This document shows, piece after piece, positions 17,685 through 26,951 of a stretch of 32,000 nucleotides of DNA. The DNA is from Caldivirga maquilingensis IC-167. GTDB lineage: Archaea > Thermoproteota > Thermoprotei > Thermoproteales > Thermocladiaceae. How positions within the stretch are numbered: position 1 is the stretch's first letter; each line of letters begins with the position of its first letter. Below the pieces are notes generated by a model. It did not search any database. It saw nothing but the letters and a program-made list of their open reading frames with translations, and was not told the origin of the DNA. The stretch lies in contig NC_009954.1 in NCBI RefSeq assembly GCF_000018305.1, positions 1,770,001 to 1,802,000 on the forward strand. The letters run 5' to 3'. The translations under genes were made by a program, and so were the position numbers.

Positions 17685-18011
17685 TTAGCCGAATAGTGAG
17701 GCGAGACTCTCCAATGTTTCTTCCTCCTTCTTTTCCTCAGCCTTCTTCTCCTCTGCCTTAGCCTCAGCTGGTTTAGCCTCCGCAGCCTGAGGTGCTGCAG
17801 CCTGTGGTGCGGCTGAGGGAGCGGCAACAGGTAGTGCTGCAGCTGTCTTTATTGCCTCATCTATGTTAACCTCCTTAACCGCTGAGACTAATGCCTTAAC
17901 CTTAACCTCATCTACCTGTATGCCAGCTGATTGAAGTATCTTAGTTACGTTATCCTCCGTTATTGGTTGCTTCGCATAGTGCAGTAGTAATGCTGCATAC
18001 ACGTACTCCAT
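17685..18011 (-). CDS. rpl12: Ribosomal stalk protein P1 (aL12 / L12Ae)
   Basis: [42 protein letters not shown], then an Ala/Pro hinge, then an acidic/Lys tail ending LASLFG. ATG at 18011 is preferred over the upstream GTG at 18017. Confidence 0.9.
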   Translation of the reverse strand: MEYVYAALLLHYAKQPITEDNVTKILQSAGIQVDEVKVKALVSAVKEVNIDEAIKTAAALPVAAPSAAPQAAAPQAAEAKPAEAKAEEKKAEEKKEEETLESLASLFG

Positions 18012-18150
18012 AACCACCTTTGCTGAAGAGCCTTTTTAAAGCTAACCACAATGATGCTCGATTACTATTTATTACTATATATTATATATTTAATTATATT
18101 AACTTGTGAGAAAGATTTATAAAACTTAGTAAGCCAGTCCCCTGATAGCT

Positions 18151-18717
18151 ATGCAGATGCTAATTAGTGATACTAGGGAATTAATAATACTTGGTAGAGG
18201 GGGGCAGGGTGGGGTAACCGCCGCTAGGATAATAGTATCTGCAGCCACCAGGGATGGTAAATGGGGGCAAGCAATACCTGAATTCGGTGCTGAAAGGAGG
18301 GGTGCTATTGTTAAGTCATATGCAAGAATATCAAGTAAGCCAGTGATCTCGCATAGTGGGGTTAAGAAGGCCGACATACTACTTATACTATCTCCCGACA
18401 TACTGAACCTCATTAACATTAGTGAATTAATGAAGGGGCGGGATTCAGTCATAATAATTAACTCCCCTACATCAATAAGGACAGGCTATAGAACGTATTG
18501 GGTGGATGCAACCGGGATAAGTGAGAAATTAGGTTTAGTGATGGCTGGTTGGCACATAGTGAGTACACCAATATTAGGTGCATTTGTAAGGGTTACTGAA
18601 TTAGTTACACTGGATTCGGTAATATCATCTATAGGTGAATTCGTAGGGAGGGGTGATTACGTTAAATTGAACATAGAGGCTGTTAAGATGGGGTACAGTA
18701 TGGTTAAGGGTGATTAA
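18151..18717 (+). CDS. porG: 2-oxoacid (pyruvate/2-ketoisovalerate):ferredoxin oxidoreductase, gamma subunit
   Basis: LGRGGQGGVTAARII motif. It is the first gene of a gamma-delta-alpha-beta operon with overlapping or abutting junctions. Substrate specificity cannot be told from the sequence alone. Confidence 0.85.
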   Translation: MQMLISDTRELIILGRGGQGGVTAARIIVSAATRDGKWGQAIPEFGAERRGAIVKSYARISSKPVISHSGVKKADILLILSPDILNLINISELMKGRDSVIIINSPTSIRTGYRTYWVDATGISEKLGLVMAGWHIVSTPILGAFVRVTELVTLDSVISSIGEFVGRGDYVKLNIEAVKMGYSMVKGD

Positions 18718-18988
18718 TGTGAGTAATATTTACGTCAAGTACCTATTATCAAGGCCGGCCATGGGTGCCGGCGGTAAGACCGGCACGTGGAGAGTGCGTA
18801 AACCCATTGTTAACCTCGATAAATGCACTAAATGCGGCATATGTTGGCTTTACTGTCCGGAGAATGTAATAGATTGGCTTGAGGATAAGACTGTGGCAAT
18901 TGATTACGATTACTGTAAAGGCTGTGGAATATGTGCTGATGTTTGTCCAGTTAAGGCTATTACAATGATTGATGAGAGGGTGGTTTAG
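18710..18988 (+). CDS. porD: 2-oxoacid:ferredoxin oxidoreductase, delta subunit (2x[4Fe-4S] ferredoxin-like)
   Basis: Two cluster motifs: CTKCGICWLYCP and CKGCGICADVCP. The GTG start overlaps porG by 8 nt. Confidence 0.85.
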   Translation: MINVSNIYVKYLLSRPAMGAGGKTGTWRVRKPIVNLDKCTKCGICWLYCPENVIDWLEDKTVAIDYDYCKGCGICADVCPVKAITMIDERVV

Positions 18989-20212
18989 GTGATTAATCGG
19001 CAGGACATGATTAGTAGAGGGGTTAGGAAGATAATGGTTGGTGATCACGCGGTTGCTGAGGCAGTTAAGATGGCTAGGGTTAACGTGGTTTCAGCATACC
19101 CAATAACACCCCAGACTCTAATAGTTGAGAGGCTAAGTGAGATTATTGATAAGGGGGAGTTGAAGGCCGACTTCATAAGAGTTGAAAGCGAGTTCGCAGC
19201 CCTAGCCTCGGTTTATGGTGCATCGGCTGCGGGGGCGAGGGCTTTTACCGCTACTTCAAGCCATGGATTATTCTACATGTATGAGATGCTTTGGTGGGCT
19301 GCAGCATCAAGACTACCTCTAGTCATGGCTGTGGTGACTAGGGCGCTTGGACCACCGTGGAATATTCATGATGAGCACACTGACCTATTGGCGATAAGGG
19401 ATAGTGGATGGGTTATAGGTATGGCATCCAGTGTACAGGAGGCCTTCGACATGACTCTCACCGCCTTTAGGGTAAGTGAAGATGAGAGAGTCCTATTACC
19501 AGTGGCTGTGGGTCTTGATGGATTCGTGTTAAGCCACACAACGGAGCCAATCTACGTTCCTTATCAGGAGGATGTGGATGCTTGGTTACCGCCAAGGAAC
19601 CCTAAGGTACCTTATGTTATTGAACCCGGTGGGGAACCGGTAACCTTAGGTAACTTGCCTAAGTCTGACCTGTACCATGAGCTTCATAAGGTTTACATGG
19701 ATGAATCAATGAATGAGGCTAAGAAGGTGATTGCAGAGGCGTATAATGAGTACGGTAAATTAACTGGGAGGAATTATGAACCATTAATTGAGTGCCACAG
19801 GTGCAGTGATGCTAAGTACCTTGCAGTAACCATGGGTGCATGGAGTGGGGATGCGGAGATCGCCATTGATGAGTTAAGGAGAGAGGGCTACCAGGTAGGG
19901 TTAATTAGGATCAGGTACATTAGACCATTCCCTGATGATGAGGTTTCAGAACGCATTAATGGGGTTAAGGGGGTTATTGTGTTTGATAGGGATTACTCAA
20001 TGGGCTTCGGTGGAATATTGGCTGGTGAATTAATGGGTCTAGTGCCGGGTAATGTATCGTTTAAGGGTGTTGTAGCAGGCTTAGCTGGTGTTGATATGTC
20101 GCCAAGTGAATTCAAATCCATTATAAGGGATTTCATAAATGAAACCGAGAGGAACGGCGTCATGAGGGTGAGGAAGTGGTGGTATATACCTAATACCAAT
20201 GGGGGTGATTAA
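18989..20212 (+). CDS. porA: 2-oxoacid:ferredoxin oxidoreductase, alpha subunit
   Basis: GDHAVAEAVKMARVNVVSAYPITPQT and ESEFAALASVYGASAAGARAFTATSSHG are typical of PorA. The GTG start immediately follows the porD stop; ATG at 19007 is an alternative. Confidence 0.9.
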   Translation: MINRQDMISRGVRKIMVGDHAVAEAVKMARVNVVSAYPITPQTLIVERLSEIIDKGELKADFIRVESEFAALASVYGASAAGARAFTATSSHGLFYMYEMLWWAAASRLPLVMAVVTRALGPPWNIHDEHTDLLAIRDSGWVIGMASSVQEAFDMTLTAFRVSEDERVLLPVAVGLDGFVLSHTTEPIYVPYQEDVDAWLPPRNPKVPYVIEPGGEPVTLGNLPKSDLYHELHKVYMDESMNEAKKVIAEAYNEYGKLTGRNYEPLIECHRCSDAKYLAVTMGAWSGDAEIAIDELRREGYQVGLIRIRYIRPFPDDEVSERINGVKGVIVFDRDYSMGFGGILAGELMGLVPGNVSFKGVVAGLAGVDMSPSEFKSIIRDFINETERNGVMRVRKWWYIPNTNGGD

Positions 20213-20214
20213 TC

Positions 20215-21129
20215 ATGGTCACTATGAGTGAACTTCACAAATATGGGAGAACTAAGGTAATAATGCCCGGTACAGCAGCATGCCCAGGTTGCCCACTTCA
20301 AATAGGCTTAAGGCAATTAATAATGGCATTGGAGGGGAAGTTAACCCTCGTCATACCTGCCGGGTGCTCAAGCGTAATACCTGGAGCAGCACCATACACA
20401 TCATTCACAGTACCGGTTATGCATGTACCCTTCGCCTCAAGCCCCTCAGTGGCCAGTGGTTTAGTTAGGGCTCTTAGGGCTAGGGGTGTTGATGGCCACG
20501 TGGTTGTCTGGGCTGGCGACGGGGCAACAGCGGACATAGGTTTCGCTGCCTTAAGTGGGGCAGCCTATAGGAATGAGGACATTATCTATGTTTTAGCCGA
20601 TAACGAGGCCTACATGAATACTGGTATTCAGGCTAGTGGAACTACGCCTAGGAAGGCTTGGACTACAACATCCCCAAGAGGTAAGACTGAGGGTAAGAAG
20701 GAGGTGGCGTTAATCATGCTTATGCATAAGGTACCCTACGTAGCCACAGCCAGTATAGCCTACCCAATAGATTTCATTGATAAGGTTAGGAGGGCGGCTT
20801 CAATAAGGGGTTTCAAGTTCATACACCTTCATGCACCATGTCCCCCTGGTTGGAAGTTCCCAGATGACTACACAGTTAAGGTAGCTAGGTTAGCCGTTGA
20901 GACTGGAATGTGGGTGCTTTGGGAGTATTACCAAGGTAAGTTAACTATTAGTCCACCCAGTGTCCCGTATAAGGATAAGAAGAGGCGTAAACCCATTGAG
21001 GAGTACCTTCGCATACAGGGTCGTTTCGCGCACTTAAGTAGGGATGATATTAATGAAATTGAGGCCATGGTTGATCAAGAGTGGGAAACATTAATGAGCT
21101 TAGCTAACATACTTAATAATCACGCTTAA
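20215..21129 (+). CDS. porB: 2-oxoacid:ferredoxin oxidoreductase, beta subunit (TPP-binding)
   Basis: N-terminal Cys motif CPGCP and TPP motif GDGATADIGFAALSGAAYRNEDIIYVLADNEAYMNTG. Confidence 0.9.
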   Translation: MVTMSELHKYGRTKVIMPGTAACPGCPLQIGLRQLIMALEGKLTLVIPAGCSSVIPGAAPYTSFTVPVMHVPFASSPSVASGLVRALRARGVDGHVVVWAGDGATADIGFAALSGAAYRNEDIIYVLADNEAYMNTGIQASGTTPRKAWTTTSPRGKTEGKKEVALIMLMHKVPYVATASIAYPIDFIDKVRRAASIRGFKFIHLHAPCPPGWKFPDDYTVKVARLAVETGMWVLWEYYQGKLTISPPSVPYKDKKRRKPIEEYLRIQGRFAHLSRDDINEIEAMVDQEWETLMSLANILNNHA

Positions 21130-21179
21130 TTAAGTAATTAAGGCCTTTAAGCTTTTAAATCAGTAAAAGAGTAGTGCCT

Positions 21180-22280
21180 ATGAAGGCTATTGTAGTTAAA
21201 CCCCCGAAACCCGGAGTGGAGGTTAGGGATTTAAGTCAAGTGATTAGACATGGTTCAGGCACTGTTAAGGTGAGGATTCTTGAAAACGGCATATGTGGTT
21301 CTGACCGTGAAATAGTAAAGGGGGAGTTAACCACAGCTAGGCCGCCTGAGGGTAGGGATTGGCTTGTCCTGGGTCATGAAGCCCTAGGTATTGTTGAGGA
21401 TTCAAGTGACCCAAGGTTTAAGCCAGGTGACTTAGTAATGCCTATTAATAGGAGGAGTTACCATGGTAAGTGCCTTAACTGCCTTGTGGGTAGACCGGAT
21501 TTCTGTGAAGCCAATGAGTTTGTTGAGGCAGGCATGGTTGGGATGGATGGTTTCATGGTTGAGTACTGGTATGATGACCCCAAGTACCTTGTTAAAGTAC
21601 CTAAGGACATAGCTGACATAGCTATTGTGGCTCAACCCCTTTCTGACCTTGAGAAGTCTGTTGAGGAGATACTTAATGTTCAGAGGAGATTCATTTGGAC
21701 TTGTGATGATGGAACATACAACTGCAGGAGAAGCATAGTCTTCGGCACAGGCTCAACTGGGATACTGATTTCACTATTGCTTAGGACAGTAGGGTTTGAG
21801 GTTTATGTGGCTAATAGGAGGGATCCACTTGAGAGTGAGGCTAAGATCACTGAGGAGGCTGGTATAATTTACTATAATTACTCTAAGGATGGTTTAGATA
21901 AACTTAAGTCAATGGGCTTCGACCTAGTAGTGGATACCACTGGTGCATCAGCGTCATTAATTGGTCATGAGGTTGAGATGCTTAAGCCAAATGGTATACT
22001 AGGCCTATTTGGATTCCCATCCGAGGGGGAGTTAACGTTAAGGTATGATGTTATACAAAGGTTCATTTATAAATCCAATGCAATAGTGGGTTTAATAAAT
22101 GGGCAGAAGCCACACTTCCAGCAGGCTCTCGCTCACCTGGCTCAATGGAAGGTTGTTTGGCCCACTGTGGCTAAGTCTTTAATAACTAGGGTTGTTGACG
22201 TTAATAATGATAAGGAGTTACTGCAGGTCCTTAACCATAAGGAGAGGGGGGAGATTAAGGTTAAGATTAAGTGGAGTTAA
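21180..22280 (+). CDS. gdh: Glucose 1-dehydrogenase (MDR zinc-dependent dehydrogenase family)
   Basis: MKAIVVKPPKPGVEVRDL...ENGICGSDREIVKGEL...WLVLGHEALGIV closely parallels the N-terminus of crenarchaeal ED-pathway glucose dehydrogenases as I recall them. ATG at 21180 is preferred over GTG at 21174. Confidence 0.75.
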   Translation: MKAIVVKPPKPGVEVRDLSQVIRHGSGTVKVRILENGICGSDREIVKGELTTARPPEGRDWLVLGHEALGIVEDSSDPRFKPGDLVMPINRRSYHGKCLNCLVGRPDFCEANEFVEAGMVGMDGFMVEYWYDDPKYLVKVPKDIADIAIVAQPLSDLEKSVEEILNVQRRFIWTCDDGTYNCRRSIVFGTGSTGILISLLLRTVGFEVYVANRRDPLESEAKITEEAGIIYYNYSKDGLDKLKSMGFDLVVDTTGASASLIGHEVEMLKPNGILGLFGFPSEGELTLRYDVIQRFIYKSNAIVGLINGQKPHFQQALAHLAQWKVVWPTVAKSLITRVVDVNNDKELLQVLNHKERGEIKVKIKWS

Positions 22281-22282
22281 AT

Positions 22283-23236
22283 TCACTTAATCTCCCTAAG
22301 CTTCTCACCCAGCATGCTCTCTAGGTTGCTTATTATTAGGTTAAGGACCTTAACGTATGGTTGCTTAACCTTAGTTACCAACATGCCGGCACCCTCATGA
22401 CCACCACCCTCACCGTTTAATTCCCCAGCAATCTTACTTAGGAGTTCAGCAACATTAATTGTTCTTGACCTTGCAACAATCCTTAACTCATCATTATGAT
22501 CAGACACCACGAAGGCTGCATCACAGCCAATGTCAAGGAGTTTACCAGCAATTAAGCCTTCATAGGCGTTTACATTAGTTACGCAAATTATCATTGACCC
22601 AGCCCTATAGGGTATAAGCCTTATTGAACCCTTAATTAACGCTATTTTAGCTGACTCATCAAGCTCCCTAACCAGTAATGCTAAGGTATCCCTATAATTG
22701 ACTCCACTAAACTTAAGTAACCAAGCCACGGTTTCAAAGGTTCCTTGAGTAGCCCTACTGAACCTATTTGTTTCACTTAATATGGCTGCTAACGTTAACG
22801 TGGCCATTAATCCACTGGGTATGTAGCCTAATTCCCTTAATACATTAACCACGACCTCAATGGTTGATGATGATTCAGGGTCAATGAACTCCAAATCCCC
22901 CCTAATCCCCCTAACCTTATGATGATCAAACACCACAACCTTACTGTCCTGGCATATTTCAGTATCCAACTGAGCCTTATTAGCTACGTCAAAAAGTATT
23001 GTTAATTCACCGCAAGTGCAGGTTTGCGTGCAGTTAAGTTCAATACCCAGCTTACCAAGTACCTGCTTAGCCTCCTTATCTGCGTTGCAACTGGTGAGGC
23101 AACTTAACTTACCTAACTTATTTAAGTAATCTCTAAACAGTAATGCTGAGGCAAGTGAATCCAAGTCAGGGTTCCTATGTGTCATTAATGTTACTCTTTG
23201 CGAAGTGTCAATCAGTCTCTTAAGCTCATTTAACAT
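22283..23236 (-). CDS. DHH/DHHA1 family phosphoesterase (NrnA/RecJ-like)
   Basis: Motifs HRNPDLDSLASA (DHH I), VVFDHHK (DHH III) and GGGHEGAG (DHHA1). The internal ATG at 23236 (MLNELKRLI) is preferred because the listed GTG at 23311 would overlap the divergent gene. Confidence 0.8.
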   Translation of the reverse strand: MLNELKRLIDTSQRVTLMTHRNPDLDSLASALLFRDYLNKLGKLSCLTSCNADKEAKQVLGKLGIELNCTQTCTCGELTILFDVANKAQLDTEICQDSKVVVFDHHKVRGIRGDLEFIDPESSSTIEVVVNVLRELGYIPSGLMATLTLAAILSETNRFSRATQGTFETVAWLLKFSGVNYRDTLALLVRELDESAKIALIKGSIRLIPYRAGSMIICVTNVNAYEGLIAGKLLDIGCDAAFVVSDHNDELRIVARSRTINVAELLSKIAGELNGEGGGHEGAGMLVTKVKQPYVKVLNLIISNLESMLGEKLREIK

Positions 23237-23288
23237 TGATTGCGGTTCAGCTAAAGGCTTAAAAATCAAACCCCACAGTAATATAAGT

Positions 23289-23660
23289 GTGGTAGCCTTT
23301 ATTGAATCCACGGTTAAGGATTACGTGAAACTACTTGATGATAGGATAAGTAAGCTAAGGGAACTCTCCAGTAGGTTGAGTGATAAGGTGTCTAATGCTA
23401 ATGTTAATAACACTAGGTTAAGTATTTTAAGGTTTGAGAACAGTGAGGTGTTCATAGTTAATGGCAGTGATAATGAACAGCTAATGAACGCCTTAATGCT
23501 AATCCTGAAGATAGTTAACTTCCAGGAGAAACTATACACGTTGGTTAAGAATGATTTAAGTAAGTTATCTAATGATGATGTCAAGATCGCTGTAATCGAA
23601 CCCCTAGGCCTACCCACTAGGATAATCCTGGTGCCTAATAATGCTGCCCCTGGTAGTTAA
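23289..23660 (+). CDS. Hypothetical protein (coiled-coil N-terminus; start uncertain, GTG 23289 or GTG 23325)
   Basis: The composition is protein-like (D/E/K/N-rich), unlike the L/S-rich antisense ORFs. TATA-like CTTAAAAAT at 23258-23266 fits a leaderless GTG at 23289. No family was recognised. Confidence 0.5.
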   Translation: MVAFIESTVKDYVKLLDDRISKLRELSSRLSDKVSNANVNNTRLSILRFENSEVFIVNGSDNEQLMNALMLILKIVNFQEKLYTLVKNDLSKLSNDDVKIAVIEPLGLPTRIILVPNNAAPGS

Positions 23661-24249
23661 CATTGATGAACTTAGGAAGCACAGGCAGATGATAGAGGAG
23701 TTGCACTCAGCAATAAAGGTTAAGCCAATAAGCATTAACTGGAGTATAGTGAATACTATTAGTAAGGCTCTTCCCACTAAGAGTGATGAGAAGAAGATTA
23801 TTATTAAAGGCGGTAGGAGGTCATTTAAGGTAGATGACGTTGAGGTTATTATTGCGGATACTGTAAGCATAGTAAACAACTACATGAGCATATACAGTAC
23901 ATATGCAGTCAACGTGATGAGGATAAGTAGGGTTATTGAGAATATCGTTGATAGTAATAAATCCCTCATATACATTGATCCATTCGCAGGTACTGCAATA
24001 ATAATACTGAATCACCCAACTAATGTAACATTAGCTGATGCGAAATCATTAAAGAACACCATTGATTCACTGACCATTCTCAATGCAGGTTACTCCGAAA
24101 AGAGTGAGGCGCCGGTTACTCAGTTTGATTTTAAGATTGATGTGATGCCGATATTAAAGTCATTATCAAGTAAATCGGATTCAGTCTACATTGATGTGGA
24201 TGATGATGTCTACTACATTATTAAGAAGTACATGCGTCATGAGGGGTAA
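23641..24249 (+). CDS. Hypothetical protein, overlaps upstream gene by 20 nt (operon partner)
   Basis: 202-aa ORF. It shares a C-terminal-type motif with the upstream product (LIYIDPFAGTAIIILNHPTN versus KIAVIEPLGLPTRIILVPNN). No family was recognised. Confidence 0.55.
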   Translation: MLPLVVNIDELRKHRQMIEELHSAIKVKPISINWSIVNTISKALPTKSDEKKIIIKGGRRSFKVDDVEVIIADTVSIVNNYMSIYSTYAVNVMRISRVIENIVDSNKSLIYIDPFAGTAIIILNHPTNVTLADAKSLKNTIDSLTILNAGYSEKSEAPVTQFDFKIDVMPILKSLSSKSDSVYIDVDDDVYYIIKKYMRHEG

Positions 24250-24278
24250 TGAATCTTTAAATACTGTTAAGTTAATCA

Positions 24279-25211
24279 TCACTTATCCTCCTCATTACCT
24301 GAGGATTCCTCCTCACCGGGTAGTTTCATTAACCTTATCTCCCTCTTAGTCTGTCCACTTAACTCATCCTTAAACCTACCCATAAGCGAATCAATCACAG
24401 TCATTAACTTCCTAGAGGCCTCAATATCAGGGTACTTTAATAGGAAGGGGACACCTGCATTATTAGCCTCACTTATGCGTGGATCAAGCGGTATCTCACC
24501 TAGGAATGATACATTAGCCTCCTCAGCCATGCGTTTCCCCTCAGGTTCACCAAACACGTAATATGTCTTGCCTGTGTCTGGGCATGTGAAGCAGCACATG
24601 TTCTCAATAACACCAATAACTGGTACTTTAACCTTCCTTGAGAAGTCAATAGCCTTCTTAACTATTCTACCTGAAACATCACCAGGGGCTGATACGATAA
24701 TACTGCCTGTTAATTGACCACTGAGGGCTTGAGCTATGGTTAATGGTGCATCACCAGTACCTGGAGGTAGGTCAATCATCATTACGTCTAAGTCCCCCCA
24801 ATCAGTCTTAGAGAGGAAGTCCTCAATAGCCTTAGACACCAATACCCCCCTCCATACTACTGCTGAATCCTCACTTGGGAGGAGGAAGTCAATGGAAACA
24901 ACCTTAATGTTTAATGGCCCAGTGGCGGGTATTATTACGTCCCTCTTATCATCATAGTAAAGGGAACTACCTGCAAGCCCCAGTAGCTTAGGTATAGTGG
25001 GTCCGTAAATATCAGCGTCAAGAACCCCAACCTTTAATCCCCTTAAGGCGAAGCCAACAGCTAATGCCGCAGTTATAAGACTCTTACCAACCCCACCCTT
25101 ACCACTCATGACCGCGATCTTAAGCTTAACATTACCTGCACTGAAGCCTAGCTTAATCTGCTGCTTCTGAGGCTGTTGAACTTTAACGTTAATATTAGGC
25201 TTATTACTCAT
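24279..25211 (-). CDS. Mrp/NBP35/ApbC-family Fe-S cluster carrier ATPase
   Basis: Deviant Walker A VMSGKGGVGKS, the MMIDLPPGTGD motif, and the CxxC pair in ENMCCFTCPDTGK. Confidence 0.9.
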   Translation of the reverse strand: MSNKPNINVKVQQPQKQQIKLGFSAGNVKLKIAVMSGKGGVGKSLITAALAVGFALRGLKVGVLDADIYGPTIPKLLGLAGSSLYYDDKRDVIIPATGPLNIKVVSIDFLLPSEDSAVVWRGVLVSKAIEDFLSKTDWGDLDVMMIDLPPGTGDAPLTIAQALSGQLTGSIIVSAPGDVSGRIVKKAIDFSRKVKVPVIGVIENMCCFTCPDTGKTYYVFGEPEGKRMAEEANVSFLGEIPLDPRISEANNAGVPFLLKYPDIEASRKLMTVIDSLMGRFKDELSGQTKREIRLMKLPGEEESSGNEEDK

Positions 25212-25342
25212 TAATGATCAACCTAACTACCCCTTATAAATCCTTCCACATATCGAATCCATTAGTAACCGCACCCAGCGCAGTGGGTTAATTCACTTTA
25301 TTAAAGGCGACTTTAAGCAATCTTAGGATTCTGGGAGAAAAA

Positions 25343-25354
25343 CTTAAAAAATAA
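25343..25354 (+). promoter_or_regulatory. TATA box (CTTAAAAAATAA) for tRNA-Ile
   Basis: Centred about 27 nt upstream of the tRNA 5' end. Confidence 0.45.
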
Positions 25355-25374
25355 TGTAACTGGCATGTTAATGA

Positions 25375-25463
25375 GGGCCCGTAGCTTAGCCTGGTCAAAG
25401 CGCCCGGCTGATAGCCCTGTGTTAGAGACCGGGAGAACGTGGGTTCGAATCCCACCGGGCCCA
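25375..25463 (+). tRNA. tRNA-Ile (anticodon GAU) with 14-nt intron at the canonical 37/38 position (25414-25427)
   Basis: Hand-folded. Acceptor GGGCCCG/CGGGCCC, D arm GCTT/AAGC, anticodon stem CCCGG/CCGGG, loop CTGATA[gccctgtgttagag]A, T arm GTGGG-TTCGAAT-CCCAC. It is 75 nt after splicing. A helix CTGA/TTAG flanked by the 3-nt bulges TA|g and ag|A gives a relaxed bulge-helix-bulge. Confidence 0.9.
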
Positions 25464-25849
25464 CTAATCATGTTGATTTTTACATAATCTTGCATAATAT
25501 GAGTATCAGGGAATTGAACCAACATTAAGTGGGATTATGCTTCAGGTAATAACTAGATTATGATGTAGTAAATGTAGCACTTAGACTCAGCGTCTCTAAC
25601 AGTCCCTTAGTGAATTACAGGCTAATGCCGTAAGTCTTACTTAAGCAAATACTGAATATCTCTTCACCGGTAATTGCTGTGAAGCCACTAAGAATACCTT
25701 CCCTTAAGCTACCGGGTGCAACGATATCACTCATACCTTTAAGCACTATTGAGGCTTGAGTCTCCCCTGGATAAAATTGAGACTCCTTGAACCATACCTA
25801 AGTTACTGCATGAATAATATTTTTATAGTGCACCAATGCTTAAGTAATC

Positions 25850-26884
25850 ATGAGGGCGGCCAGATTCCATGAATCAGGGAAACCATTAACCATAGAGGAG
25901 GTTCCTAAACCAGCACCAGGCCCAGGTGAGGTTATTGTTAAAGTAATGGCGGCCGGGGTGTGCCATACTGAGCTACACTTCATTGATGGTGTACTTAACC
26001 TAGGTGTCGCACCCATTACTCTTGGTCATGAAATAGCAGGGATCGTTGATGAAATTGGGCCAGGTGTAAGCAGTGTTAAACCGGGGGATAGGGTCATAGT
26101 TTATTACTATGTTGGATGTGGTAGATGTAGGTTCTGCCTTAGAGGTGAGGAGAACCTATGTGAGAATATTAAGGCTGAATACGGCTTCATAACAGATGGC
26201 GGCTTCGCTGAGTATGTTAAGGTTCCTGAAAGAAACCTTGTTAAATTACCCAGTAACTTAACCTTTGAGGAGGCTGCACCAATAGGCTGTAGTGTAACAA
26301 CTGCTATACACGCCACTAGGAGGGCTTCACCTAACGTCGGTGACTACGTGGTTGTTTATGGTGTTGGCGCAGTTGGGTTTGCGTTAATACAGTATAATAA
26401 AATGATTGGTGCTAATGTTATAGCAGTGGGTAGGAGTCCAAGTAAGCTTAAGTTAGCTAAGGAACTTGGGGCTGATTACACTATAAATGCCGGTGAGGAG
26501 GATGTAGTTAAGAGGGTTATTGAATTAACCAATGGGAGGGGTGCCGATGTTGTGTATGAGCTTGTTGGTATTAGGGAGACTATGAATAATTCAGTTAGAA
26601 TGCTTGCCAAGAGAGGTAGGTTAGTGCTAATAGGTTACTGGAGGGATAAGCTTGAGGTTAATCCACTGGACCTCGTTATTAAGGAGGCCACTATAACAGC
26701 ATCAGTTGGTAATACGCTTAGTGAACTCATTGAGGCTGTTAAACTTGTGTCCGAGGGTAAGATAAAGATAAAGGTTGATGAGGTGGTGGGTTTAGAAAGT
26801 ATTAATGATGCACTTGAGAAGCTTAGAATGGGTAAGGTTATTGGGAGAATTATAATTAACCCATGGTTGATTAAATCACATTAA
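25850..26884 (+). CDS. adh: Zinc-dependent alcohol dehydrogenase (MDR family)
   Basis: AAGVCHTELH (catalytic Zn Cys/His), GHEIAGIV, structural-Zn Cys cluster GCGRCRFCLRGEENLC, and NAD(P) fold VVVYGVGAVG. Confidence 0.85.
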   Translation: MRAARFHESGKPLTIEEVPKPAPGPGEVIVKVMAAGVCHTELHFIDGVLNLGVAPITLGHEIAGIVDEIGPGVSSVKPGDRVIVYYYVGCGRCRFCLRGEENLCENIKAEYGFITDGGFAEYVKVPERNLVKLPSNLTFEEAAPIGCSVTTAIHATRRASPNVGDYVVVYGVGAVGFALIQYNKMIGANVIAVGRSPSKLKLAKELGADYTINAGEEDVVKRVIELTNGRGADVVYELVGIRETMNNSVRMLAKRGRLVLIGYWRDKLEVNPLDLVIKEATITASVGNTLSELIEAVKLVSEGKIKIKVDEVVGLESINDALEKLRMGKVIGRIIINPWLIKSH

Positions 26885-26951
26885 ATGCATAAATTACTCA
26901 ATGCAGACTACCATTAATAATAGTCTCGGTTAAAGGTAGAATAACACCATG

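Noticed and set aside
17579-17827. 82-aa Arg-rich ORF ([12 protein letters not shown])
   Set aside because: It is an out-of-frame reading of the Ala/Glu/Lys-rich C-terminal tail of ribosomal protein P1 on the same strand, and it runs into the tRNA promoter region.
17685-18011. Ribosomal protein P1 gene standing alone, not next to P0/L1/L11 genes
   Set aside because: It is unlinked from the usual stalk operon here. I cannot tell from one window whether this is simply the normal arrangement in this clade, so it is not strong enough to flag.
23205-23311. Apparent 107-nt overlap between the N-termini of the divergent ORFs 22283-23311 (-) and 23205-23660 (+)
   Set aside because: Both maximal ORFs start at weak or non-ATG codons. 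Internal starts (ATG 23236 for the DHH protein; GTG 23289 or 23325 for the plus gene) remove the overlap and fit the TATA-like boxes.
25313-25525. 70-aa ORF on the minus strand
   Set aside because: It overlaps the complete tRNA-Ile gene, and its sequence simply reflects the tRNA complement.
25615-25734. 39-codon minus-strand ORF (MSDIVAPGSLREGILSGFTAITGEEIFSICLSKTYGISL) in the 324-bp spacer between tRNA-Ile and adh, and a 7-bp inverted repeat GAGTCTC-N14-GAGACTC nearby
   Set aside because: The ORF is too short and has no recognisable motif or obvious promoter. The inverted repeat is short enough to occur by chance. They may merit a look only if transcriptome data show expression.
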